From Lytechinus pictus (taxonomy: Eukaryota), in the NCBI RefSeq assembly GCF_037042905.1, contig NC_087251.1:35838001-35902000 (forward strand): DNA of 64,000 bases, given 5' to 3'. Of this stretch, positions 52,091 to 64,000 are shown one piece after another. The notes under the pieces are model-generated. The model was not told the origin of the DNA and did no database searches. It saw nothing but the letters and a program-made list of their open reading frames with translations. Every line of letters begins with the position of its first letter. Position 1 is the first letter of the stretch. A program made the translations under genes and the position numbers.

Positions 52091-52255
52091 CAGTCCCCCT
52101 TTTCAGATCCACGACCGAATCCACACGCTTTTCTGTGATTTTGTGACACAGCTTACGGCGAAGAGTTCGGGCCACTGGTATCGGAACTTGTGCTGAAGGA
52201 GAAGGCGAATCAAGGGCAAAATCTTTCTTTATATTTATCTGCAAGTAGTGAAATT
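52090..52255 (+). other. Probable non-coding first exon; the intron continues beyond the window (start approximate)
   Basis: consensus donor GTAAGT at 52256 (a second at 52279), followed by G/T-rich, progressively CpG-poor intron-like DNA; no convincing ATG-led ORF. Confidence 0.5.
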
Positions 52256-55200
52256 GTAAGTAAACTACCGACTTTACTGTAAGTTACGTTGTATGATGAT
52301 TGGAAGACGTAATGGATGAGTGTTTTTGTGATATTCTGTTCGAAAAACCGCATGTTTTGGTGGGTGGTGTTGTCTCTGAAATGCGTCATTCTTGTGTAAA
52401 ATCATACCAGTCGGGGTGATGTGGGAGTGTATTTTAATTGCTCACGTGCTTTTGCTCTTGGGGGCTTTGAGTTTGATTGCATGACTGAGGAAAAAACGAT
52501 GACGTGTCTGAAAGAGAGAATGATTCACGCACAATGTATTAGCACTTTCATTTACAGTCATTACTCCATGCTTTACAGGATATATGAACTATTTCAATGG
52601 TTGTATACTTTTATTAATTATGCCTACATTGAGAGCGAAATGAAAGTATTGATTTATTAAATCAGGACCGACTAACGTCTGACTGAGTGATGAAGTGAAC
52701 TGACGAAAAAGACAACATGAATTGAAACGAGTAAAGGTCAAGTTCTAGGTTATGGCAATGCTATATTTAGATGTAAATCTTAGTCTCATGAGTTGATATT
52801 TTACTCCTGTCTGCTGTTCGTTTCCTGTGGTGCATTGAGCAGTTAGTTTTCAAGTTTTGCATTATGCCTGGGCTTAGTCCTTTGTTCAGGAGGAGCACAT
52901 GGGGAGGGGGGGGGGGGGGGGGGAAAGGGTCAGGGCAGTACAGGAAGATAGGATTAGGAGCAACATGATTAAAACTGAAACAGCAATGGTTGCATGCCCA
53001 TCAGTGCCTAGTCTCCATTTCCAAATTGTACATTCTTATTTTTGTGCATGAATGGAAGTATTACCATATGATTTTGAATTTCTAGTAATAAAGTTTGGTC
53101 TTGCTATATGCCAACCAGGCTATTTTTTGGGAGGGGGGGGGGGTGGGGTACTTGCCTAGGTAGGCCATTATGTAGCTTGAATAGACAAATGGAAGGCTGA
53201 CCTTTTAACACAGTGGTACTGGTCTTAGCCTTAAAGTCCCTGATTGTTGGATTTGGATAATAAATGCTGGATGTTTTATTTTTTTAATTATTATTTTGCT
53301 GAAATACTCATCTTTAAGAAGAAAAGAGATAAGCCAAAAATTGATCCTTTTCTGCCAACAGTCCAAAATCAACCCTAGAAAGTAGAAACTGACCACTTTA
53401 TATTCATATTGTGTGATTGGAATCATTCACTAGACTAAGGCACTTTTCAGAATGTTGCCTTAATCTTTGCCTTCAATCCAACACCAATATTTTGCCAGTT
53501 TCACATAGGCCTATATTAAAATATTCTAGATACCATCACCACTTTCACAAGTGGTCATCAGTGGATAGTTAACAACTTTTTAGATCCCCTGTTAAAAAAA
53601 ATAGCTCTTATTTAGTGTGGCAAATTGGCTAAATAAATGATTGAGTCTATAATACCATGATCTATTAAAGTGATTCTTTTAGAGTCTAAAATTTGTAATA
53701 ATAAAAAAATTATATATTCAACAGTCTAGATCAAATATTTTTTTCTTCAGGTTTTCATTGATTTAGGCCTCTGTGGACTGTTTTTTTTTCAAAGTGTTAA
53801 CTCAAGATCAGATCTATAAGTCAAGACTTAACATCTTCTTAATTATTGTTTGGTAATGTTAAAATCAACTTGTTTTATACTGTATTCAGGTATTGACAGT
53901 GTATAAAGGAGATTAATTAGCTACATCTAGGCCCTGATACAGTTGTGCTTTTCAATCATGTAGTCTTTGTGAAATACCTAAAAGGTGATTAGTTTTTAAA
54001 AGTTACAATGAATGAAGATCAACCTATTTACTTTTACAAGTATGAATATACATTGTATTGTTTAACAAAAATCAACTGGGTCTATTTGTTTCCACTGCTT
54101 TCTCCATTGTAAGACGGAAGAATATAATGTTAACTGTTTGTCCCAAAATATGCCAAAATGAGCATCTTTGTTTAATGTTTATCAGGCTTTTCGTTTTATA
54201 AGAGCTAGAAGGGGGGGGGGGGTGTGCTGAGTAGGGATAAGATATTGCTTGAAGCATGAGCAATCGACCCTTCAGAAAATCAAGTCCTCTGGGGTGTCAG
54301 CTCCTCAATCAGAAGTGACATCTCACAAAGGATTTGTGTCTTCCATTGCCATGGCAACCATCGTCAGACACTTATCCATGCATCACTAATTAGAGTTAGA
54401 GAGTGGAGTGGCTCATCAATCATCTTTGATTGGTCTGCTTTTCTGAGCTCTCTCTCTCTGCTTCTCTCGAGCCATTTGCCGGCCAAGATGGATGTGCCTT
54501 GCTGGCAAGTAACTAGGCCCTATAAAGTCATGAATGTAGCAATTTTATCTCCTTGTCCAGACATTTCCGACTGCTGAAAGGTCCCATTATTGTCTATTTT
54601 GCATCCAAAGATGTTCCCACCCCTTTCAATCGCATACTGGGATGTTTTGTTCGGATGCAGCATAAGCCTAACAGCATGCAGTTACCTCACAAAGTGACCT
54701 CATGGTACTCATCGGTCTGCTAAATGACAAAAGGGATAAATTTATATAAATGATGTGTGTAATTGTTTAGGATTCATCTGTCCATTTTCCCTTTCCTATT
54801 GATATCCGAGCTATTGCCAAAGAAAGCCTGATGGAGTATAATTTTTTTTCACCTTTGAAAAGTAAAGAATGTGTGCCAAATGACTGGAGGAACTCTCCTG
54901 TGACCAGTGCCCTTGTGGCACCCCTAAATGCAGGATTACTTCAAAAATCCCTTAGTTCCAAATAGGCTTATTCATGTGTGGTTTGTGTGAGCTGTATTTT
55001 TCTCTTGCCTGTTGGTGGGTCTGAATGCCAGCGTACACAAGCATATTTTCATGTTTTAAAACATGATTTCTTGTATGATATCTTATTTATCTGCTCCAAA
55101 ATGTTTAATTGATTGCCTTCTCAAAAGAGGATATATAATCCATACAGGTTCAAGTATATTTGAGAGGGAAAATATGTTAGGCCTACATGTATGTGACAAG

Positions 55201-58074
55201 GGCAAGTGGTTAAAATAAAATAATTTGAGAACTGGTACCCATTATTATTGAATGTTTCAACGCTGCCACTTACAAAATGTTTTGATTTCATCTCGTTCCA
55301 ACTGAAAGAGTGCTTGTCTTCACAAAACTGTCCTTTCTCTGAACTATAAACCCCCTTTCAATTCAATTTATATAATTGTATGGGAATGATTTTCTTTTTA
55401 TGTATAAAGTAAGGTCAGTGAGATTATAGTGTACTTTCTGAAAAGTGGTAAACAACCTAGAATTGATCAGTAAAACAAGAGCATAAGATCAACAAAAACC
55501 TGTACATGGAGTACAGTAAACGACCGAGTATCCAGTATGGCCCACTAAAGCTTGGTGTTGCTATGGAAAGAAAATGGCGGATAATTGCACAAGCGTGACA
55601 CGATGGGGCCTAAGTCTAAGGTGGGCTGAGAATACAAAGATCAACCTGAGATTAAGCACGCAGACAAGAAGCTGTTTTATTATCTTTTGGTATCTGAATA
55701 GTTTGCTTAGAATCTTAACTTCAAAGATTTTTAGGCCTGGACAGTGTTTAATAAAACATTCAAACAAGAGGTGTATACTAGGTGCTAAAATAGCACCAGT
55801 AGGAGTGGTTTTTAGGTAATTATTTTGTTATCAGTGAAGAATATAGGACTGTGGTTGATTTTGAAAAGTAATATTGGATCATTCTATGCTAGTAATGGGT
55901 ACTAAATTACGTAGCTTCATTGCTTGGATGGTCTGGTCAAATCAAAGACATTTGTTGAATTGTACTTAGTGTATATATATGCTTGATGAATATTAGACTA
56001 AAAGCTTTGGTCTCTGTACATTGGTTGTTCTGCTGAACTACGTTGACTCCACTCAAAATGTCAGAATTTATTGATTAAATTCCCAGAAACGATGGTTATT
56101 CCTGTTTAAATGAATATAAGCCAAGTCAAAGATAGCCAAAAGAAGGATAATTAAATACTACATCTTAATTAGATGTTGTTTACTTGTATTTTTTTTAATA
56201 ATTAAACAAAAACTGTTGAAGGCAGTCTTTTTATCAGCTTCTTATTTCATACATTGGTACATTTAAGGACTTTGCTGTAGGGAATATGATTCATGTTTCC
56301 TTCATTTTATTTATTTGTTTTCATTTAAAACTAATTTTAAGTAACACAGCATACCACAAGAAGGGCTCCTGACATGCTCTATAGACCCTTTAGGCTATAA
56401 TATGAATATGTTGTTATGTGAAACAGTTACACGCCTACTTACAAACATCCCTGTACCAACGTTCATTCAAAAGTTTTACTTTGCAGTACTTAGCTTTTTC
56501 AAAAGAACTTGGAAATGATCGTGACAATGGAACAGTCCTGCCAGCCCCAGCTCCTAGGGCTAAATCTGAATCTTTTAATTCGAGTTTTTGTGTCTCTGGT
56601 TGGCCTCAGGCTCTGTCTTCTGCGATTTATTTTTGGATAAAGTTTTCAAAAAGAACCTGTGGGCACAAACTTGATAATGAGATGGTGCAAGGAGCTTAGC
56701 CTAATCACCAACATTCTAATCTGGGTTTTCAATGGATTTTCATCACAATAGAATGTAATTGGGACCAGTTCTACCTAATATATTACTTGAACATAACCCA
56801 GGTGAAGACTGTTTAGCTAGGCTTATCATTGAGCTGGCTTTTTTGTGGGGGAGGGAATAATGAATTCCATAGAACAGCTAGGAGAAAGTAACAAGCTAAG
56901 CCCTCTTTAGATTTAACAGTAAACTGTTAACTTAAAGGAATGGCTGTAAGATGTTCCCAACAATGTGATAAGACATGTATTTATTTGTTTTACATGACTC
57001 CAAACAGCATGCTTATATTGCTCCTCCTCTACCTAGCCTTGGACATTCCACAATTACATCACATATAGGCCTACACAAATACATCCAGAGTCAGTTATGA
57101 CAATTTTCTGTGTAATTTAACACTTATCATCCAAAATTTTATCAGTTATTTCGGGAAAAAATGGATGTAAGTGAGCACTTATGATGTAACAAGAAGTGTA
57201 TAAATATGCTCGATGAAATTATAGAGTACCTCTTTTTGTACCTCTTCACCAAAAAATCAACAACAAGCTCACAAATGATAGATGACCATCATCGATTTAT
57301 GCAAGACGATTTCCATCATCCTCGGTTTCCTTTTTATCGACAGAAATGGTCCGAAAGTAGTTCTGCCGGTTAATTTACATGGGTTGCCATGGCAATGCAG
57401 ATGCAAGTCATCTTTGGGGATGATGTTTCCCCTGGAGGGATGGAGTATGGCATTGAACCTGGGATTCCAGTTGTGTAAATCTTTCTTCTGCATCGGCCTT
57501 CTGGAATTTGGCAAGGAATTAGATACTTCTGCTAAGCCTGGTAGATAAATATACAAGCACTCAATATTTTTTATGCATGTATTTATATTTGACAAGCTAC
57601 CTTTTTTGTCTCCATGAACACTCGATGGGCATTGACCATTTCTCAAAGTTGAATCCTCTAAACTTATTTATTTTTTTATTTTTGCATTTCATTTGGTTTA
57701 TCCTGCTTAGAAGGTCTATGTTGGGAATTATTCACACTTTGTAACCTACTTATTAGAAATTAAGTAGATTGTGTAGGCCCTACATTTTCTTGGAAGTATA
57801 GGGCTGGATTAGGTTGATGTTTGTAGACCAACTACTAGAATCAGACAAATACCAGAATGGCATATGTGTAGCTATAAAGCTACAACATATGTTGTTTTGT
57901 GTGAATGTGGCATTATGGATCATCATAATATTAAATGGAATGAGGGTCAGAGTGCCATTTTGCCTAAAACGGGATAACAAATCCCCTTTGCATGGTATCT
58001 GAACTTATGGTGACCAACCAGAAGATGATGTAACTGGGTGGGGCTTAATGTGACCGTCATGAGAGCCACGTAGA

Positions 58075-58499
58075 GGCCGTTCTCAATACGCTTTCTAAAA
58101 CTAGTTTACTGGAAACCGATTCAGGAAAGCAGTTTAGAAGCTCACTTTGCTAGCGTTCCCACTTGATCACACGAAAGTGGTTTTCATGGTTGCTATGGAA
58201 ACGCTCTCAGTGGGGTGACACGTTTTGCTCGAAATTTCAAACTGCAGCCTAGGCATTCTACGCCTGTCGTTTGGAGTAGCGTGCTCAAAATGTGTGAAGA
58301 TCGCTTCACGAAGAACGCTTCACGAAGAACGGTTGTGTCCTCACTTACGCTAAAACCAGTTTCACGAGGCAATGCGATCTTGAAAACTACATCGTGAGGT
58401 GGTTTTCTGAACCGGTTTAGGAGATCACTTCGACCGTTGTCACTACATGTTAAGCTAGTTTCCACTAAACTAGTTTTAGGAAGGTAGTGAGAACGGTGT
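58075..58499. mobile_element. Harbinger-like MITE, CpG-rich and probably young
   Basis: TIR ggccgttctcaatacgctttctaaaactagttta...taaactagttttaggaaggtagtgagaacggtgt. Confidence 0.8.
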
Positions 58500-61400
58500 C
58501 AAAGGCTTTGTCATGAGGGCTAGCAGAATATGTGCAGTGGATATTTACTTTTTTTTTCTTCTTGGGGGCCCATGATAGGTCTCTGGAGGGAAGTTTTATG
58601 GGTCCCTTTTTTACTGGTTTTCAGAATAACGTTCTGTGTCTGAAAGACTGAATTGGCTGTCAGTGCCCTTTAAATGTCCCATGAACCAGTTCAATATCTT
58701 AGATTTTTTTTTCAGGGCATAATTATTTTATTGTAAGATAGTGACTGGGCTGTGCATGTGTGTTTGACTTCTCTTTCAAACAAGAGTAATAACTAGGTAT
58801 TTTGATAAAAGAAAGAGAAGTTTCATAAATGCGACCAGTTTAGATATCTTGATGTAGACTTTCTGCTTGTATCGGCCTACGGTGAATGTTGCATGGACAT
58901 AAAGTACCTAGCAAAGTGACTAGAGAACCATTAAATTTTTTCTCATAAGGAATTAGCCTTGATGCCATTCTACAATCAGAATAAGCACTATTCACTGATT
59001 CTACATTTTCATTATGATGGCTGCTCTGATCCGCTTATAGATTTAGCTTTTGTGGGAGAGAGTAGCAGACAGACCCCTAATTGAATTCCTGGCCCGTTAT
59101 CCTGGAAAACCAAATCTTCATTACTCGCTGGTTGAGTGACTTTATGGATTGAGCTGAGAGAATTGATAGTCCATGCAAGAATCCCTCTATCTAGTCATGT
59201 TGTCCAACCTAACTGTTATGTGGAATTTGCTCTGCTGGTTTTCCTTTTTTAGATCAAATTCCTTCATTTTTATATAGGCCTGTATTACAGACGATTCACC
59301 CATGTGCATGGCTGGTTTTCAATATTGACGGAAGCGTGTGAATTTTTTTTAATGGCTGTTAAAGCTGTTTGGCTATGATAGAGAAGATTGGAAAATTGAA
59401 TTGTTGATTAACATTTATTGATAACAGTGATTTTCTTTTATGTCCATGCTACATGTATGTAAACTTTCAGGTACTTAATGTTAATCTAATGAAAAAAAAA
59501 GAAGTTATATTTCAGGCACGTATGTTAGTCTAAGGAATGAAAAAGGTTGATAAATGTATTTACAAATTCACTAAATCCTCTCATGAAACTCTTGTCATGG
59601 GTCAAAAAGAATTAGCCATTTCATGGATTTGTTTAATTACATGTATGGGATGCATTAGCAGACCTTCGATCGCAAGTCAAGAAGTACCGGTCCGGTATGG
59701 TGATATTGCTTTAAGTTCTAGACTATATAGCCAGATAAATGAGCCATGTCTAAATGAAATCTTTCAATTAACCTTAATTGGTGATTTGTCCCCGGATAGA
59801 GCTTGAAATAAGAGAAATCAAATGCTGGGTCTGAAATCATGCGCAGGACTGAAGGAACGCTCATTTGTATCATGGTGTACGGCGGGTAAATTGGCAACAT
59901 GATTAATCTGATATGAGCCGACCATCAGCTGGTTGCCTTGGGCTCATGGTGGTAATTGCTGAACTCTAATGCTGCTAATTTCCATCTGACCATGCATTCT
60001 CCAAATGCATCTTCAATTAACTCTACGATTGGCTGAAACACAATGATCAATATTGCCAGTACGAACCTTTGTGTAGAAAATAAGAAATGAATAAGATATT
60101 GAAGGATGTTTGGTATAATTTATAAAAGATTTTATGTTCTATGTTGTCAAGATTTATTGGTAGTCTTCCAAGCATTTCTTTTGAGATGGAAGATTAAACT
60201 CTGTTCAGAGGACAGTATAATTTTCAAAGGTGGAATACAGTTGAAGGATGAAAAGGTTGATGTCATTAGTCAAATTTAGTGCATGTATGGATGGCTATTA
60301 TTTGAATGGCTTTAGTTTGAGGGGAGGGGGTACAGTTTTAATGCCCCCTTGATTTTTCAAGTTTTAAAATAAGTTTTAAAAAGTGGAGGATTAAAGAGAA
60401 AGAGTAAGGGGAAGGAAAATGAAGAAAGAAAATCATAAAATAGGTTTTAGGTGATTTGATTAGGGCCTACATGAATGATTGAAATGTGTCGTCAGAGGTC
60501 ATCTTTTTGCCCCCCCCCCATCGAAATTCCTTGGTACTGCCCCTGTTTGGGGTCATTGGGATATAGTAGATTTTAATTATGATCCGTATGATTCAACAAT
60601 AATAAGTGAAATTATATGAAGAATGTTTTCTTGTAGTTAGCCTTAAATTTCAAGGTTAGAATAATATCTCCATGGTGAATTCATAAGCATGGATGTGAAA
60701 TGCCTGTATCTCCTGCAGGGTCTTCCAGAAACCTTGGATTTTCCAGGGATTTACCACGTCTAAAACAACTGGGAGATTACCGATTTCTGTTATTCACCAG
60801 GGAGTAACATAATGAGATTAATGGACATTCTGACCCCCAGACATGGTTCTTACCCAGTCTCCCGTATTGATTTTTTTTAGTCTGCTGTCTCTCCGAAGTC
60901 GTCCTTCGTTTCTTGCTTTGGAAGTGGTGTTGAGCAGATTATGGGAGGTCAAGAGCGATCATGGATGAGATGACTTTTGGTGGCTGGAGATTGGAGGATG
61001 GGATTGATTTTGATATGATTAAACAGGAGGATAAATGGAAGTTTTCTATTCATAGAGGTGGACCGTACTGCGCATCACTTGCGAATAAATGGCATTAAGA
61101 ATACTGATAGTGGATCTGGTATGAATGGTAGGAATGTTTTATACAACATGACTGCTTCATAAATACAGGCCATACTATATTTATATTGATTGCTCGAGTG
61201 AGTCTATTTGTTAAATATTGCGTGATAAAGAACAGATAGACCTACGAGTGATGTGGTCCTATGTTTTCTAATATAACACTTGTGAAAAAATGTGAACACC
61301 ACCTATAAACTCAAAGTTACTCCAAATAAAAAAAGTTGGCCGACAAGTTTGATGAATCAATTAGGCTTTATGTTAATATCCAAATGAGTGATCCATTAAT

Positions 61401-62179
61401 CGAAACCAAAACAGAACGCAATTTAGATTGTTTTTCATGGGAAATTAGTGTGGTCATTTTCAAAACCTGAAACTCCAAGCTTCTCATGCATGCTCGGGGA
61501 GTGCAGCAAGGTCAAAGATCTCCACACTGAAAGCATGGAATCCTATATGGGTGGTCATGGCGATACTTATCAACACAGGTCATCACCTACAGTTGTACAA
61601 TAAACTTGTTGCGGGGATGTTTTCAAGCATATCACATACCATGGTATACATCGCAGGGAATGTGATGCATTTTTTTTCTTATCCAGGGTCATCGGATTGT
61701 TGCTGTAATGGCTGAGTGCCGTGACGATTTCTTTCTTGAATAGCATAATCTTATTTACGATGACACTAAATTTTGCCAGGAATGATAAACATGCTCTTAA
61801 TATAATTCCTTGTGATATAAGATGGTATTTTAATCTTTTAAGTGATTTTGTTCAGACTGGTTAATGGTCTGGTGTTAGATTTCCAAATTGGGGAACTGCT
61901 ATTGAGTCTAAATTCTTATCTCCAAATCTTATCCATTAAAAAAATCAATTATCGGATGAGAAATGATGAAGTTAACCTACTTAAATATAGGCCTGTGCAT
62001 CAACTTCCAAGTTGCACTGACTTTGCAGAGGATGCACCCTTGTTTATTTTGGTATTCAATATTGAATATCATTTCATTGGTCCATGCAAATTGCAACATA
62101 ATGGCAAAGCTTGCTTCCAATTGCTTTTCTGTTAACTTGCAATGCAATTGCTGGGAATGCAATAGAAACATATATGGTC

Positions 62180-64000
62180 ATTTTCAAACGTGAGTGACAC
62201 GACAATCGGAGAGGGTTAAGGGCTCATAACTTTAAACTTAAAGGTTATGAATCAATCATGACTGCTATATTATATACAATGTAGGACTGGCATGGGCCAC
62301 TACCAGTTTGATTTGAATGCTACAATTTGTTTAGTAGATATGATTGAAAAATGATGCGTGAGTGACACGACAAATTTTGGACATGGGTTTCGGACCATTA
62401 TCACTTATGATTGGATTCGTGCCCAAGTAGCTATCCAGGAGTACTGTGAGTACCCATACATGTACGTAAATAGTGTACCTATCTAACACATATAGTCAAA
62501 ATCAATCAAACCTTCTCTATGGAAAATGGTACCATCTTATATACTGTGAGTGACACGACATCCAAAACGTGAGTGACACGACAAGTGCAAAAATACAACA
62601 TTTATTTCAACAACGAAAGTATTTTTGGCATGATGTACAAGAGTGAAATCCCATCAACCAAAAAACAAGCTTAATTATATAACAACTGCCTTCTTCAAAG
62701 TTGATAATGTGTCATCCTGATGATTTATTCTTGGTTTATGGTCATATTTGGCTATCAACTCATATTCCCTATACCATACCGCATTATTGTCACACTTGGG
62801 CTTCTACCACTCTCCTCTTTGGAGGAGGAGGCACTTGAAGGAGGTGTTATGTGGTCTTGGCATTGACATCAACTCAAACATTCTTTTTGTGGCTGGCCTG
62901 ATGTCATTCAAAACTTTACTCTTTCTCCCTATCTGTGTAGACAGTTTACGGGTTTACAATTCAGGATCCACAACTGATGGAATAATTTTTCCTTGTAAGA
63001 AAGGGGTATTCTCAATAGTCACTTGCATCATCTGGCATGGTCTGGTAGTCAATGGTGTCATGTATGACTCCTTTTTCTTGAAATATTGGATTACAATATT
63101 ATCCTCCTTTAATATTTTAGGCATTGTCCAAATAGGACTTGGCAGCTTCAATGTCTTTTTTTTACACTGTACCAAACCAGTTACTTGGCTGCACACTTCA
63201 GATGGACTATTAGCAAATCCTTGAGAAACTTTAATAGGGATCTTGTTCAACTCATCAAGCATTGGTTTTCTCCTGAACACTGCTTGTATGTGGACCCTCC
63301 TAAGGCACTGTACCACAGTTCAGAGCTATGATTTTTAGCAGGAATCTTGCAAGCTGCTTTTCATTGCTAATTATCATATTTGATAATAAAGCAAACCACA
63401 AGTAATACATGGAAAGCCATGAGGTGAAAGACGCATAGTCATAACCTGATTCTTGCAAAAAGCCACAGCACAGTCTGTTGGTATTAACTACAACTACAAG
63501 CCTTTCCTTTGCTGAGCCCTTGGATGTTACACTGAAATTCAATTCAGCATCCCCAACCATCAAATACTCCCCCTACATGTATATCTCCATAGCTTTTTCC
63601 CCACGAGGTTCAGCTCAGTTCTAACCAGGGTACCCCCAAAAAAATTGATCTAAATGAAAACACGGCAACTCACCAAAGCTGCTCAAATGCAAATTCGGTC
63701 TTGGTTGGGACTTGTTGGGACCTACATATAATAATTTACTTTATCATTTTGTTGTGTGTAATGCAAATCTGCTCTGAACCCACATCGGCCAGCTCACGGC
63801 AGTTTGATGTTCAGACCCTAGTTCATCACTAGTGGTATGAATGGTGGTCGAACAAAGAATGATTTTGAACCAGGCATGTAGCTACTTCAAGCAATATCCA
63901 AAATGCTCTTTCAAATCTCAGTACATTCTCACCTGAGACGTTCTTGCAAAAAAATTGTTTATTTCATGTCCTCGAATACAAGCTTTGTGGCAAAAATGGT
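62180..64000 (-). mobile_element. Decayed DNA transposon: transposase-like pseudo-ORF plus subterminal repeats
   Basis: four copies of (c/t)gtgagtgacacgaca at 62189, 62357, 62545 and 62568; the minus-strand frame of ORF 62954-63316 continues through stops (..MFELMSMPRPHNTSFK..W*KPKCDNNAVWY..); frameshifted GVFDG.G/AELNFSV segment upstream resembles an HGKG..DG.GG..K transposase motif. Confidence 0.45.

Noticed and set aside
51931..52244. Short ORFs over the putative promoter, and a guess of EGLN/PHD from vertebrate GNPAT synteny
   Set aside because: No MYND or dioxygenase motif nor any recognisable protein; synteny alone does not support naming the gene
60881..61100. Possible coding exon after ttttttttag (MDEMTFGGWRLEDG...)
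   Set aside because: Short frames closed by stops, no recognisable homology and no clear donor
62189..62583. CRISPR-like spaced direct repeats
   Set aside because: Eukaryotic context, only 16 bp, very irregular spacing (7 to ~170 bp), no cas genes; better read as transposon subterminal repeats

Overview
AT-rich, intron-containing animal genomic DNA; the repeat content suggests an echinoderm such as a sea urchin (inference, not verified). Bases 1-~17 kb hold the last 10 coding exons of a + strand peroxisomal dihydroxyacetone-phosphate acyltransferase gene (GNPAT/DHAPAT). They splice in frame through GT-AG introns into 442 aa ending in the PTS1 signal AKL*. From ~17.5 to ~52 kb there is no recognisable protein-coding gene, only CpG-retaining patches that look like cis-regulatory modules (several with RFX X-box motifs), microsatellites, MITEs, and SINE and LINE fragments. 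At ~51.7-52.3 kb a probable promoter and non-coding first exon open a second + strand gene whose long, CpG-depleted first intron runs off the window; a decayed DNA transposon lies at the far end. Notable structures: a ~1.85-kb palindrome made of two opposed TTAA-type MITEs chained to a third, triplicated 'poison' splice acceptors in GNPAT, a recurring X-box motif, nested MITEs beside exons, and an inverted copy captured inside a (TA)n tract. I see no evidence for a novel multi-gene system; most ORF-track entries are microsatellite or chance ORFs.
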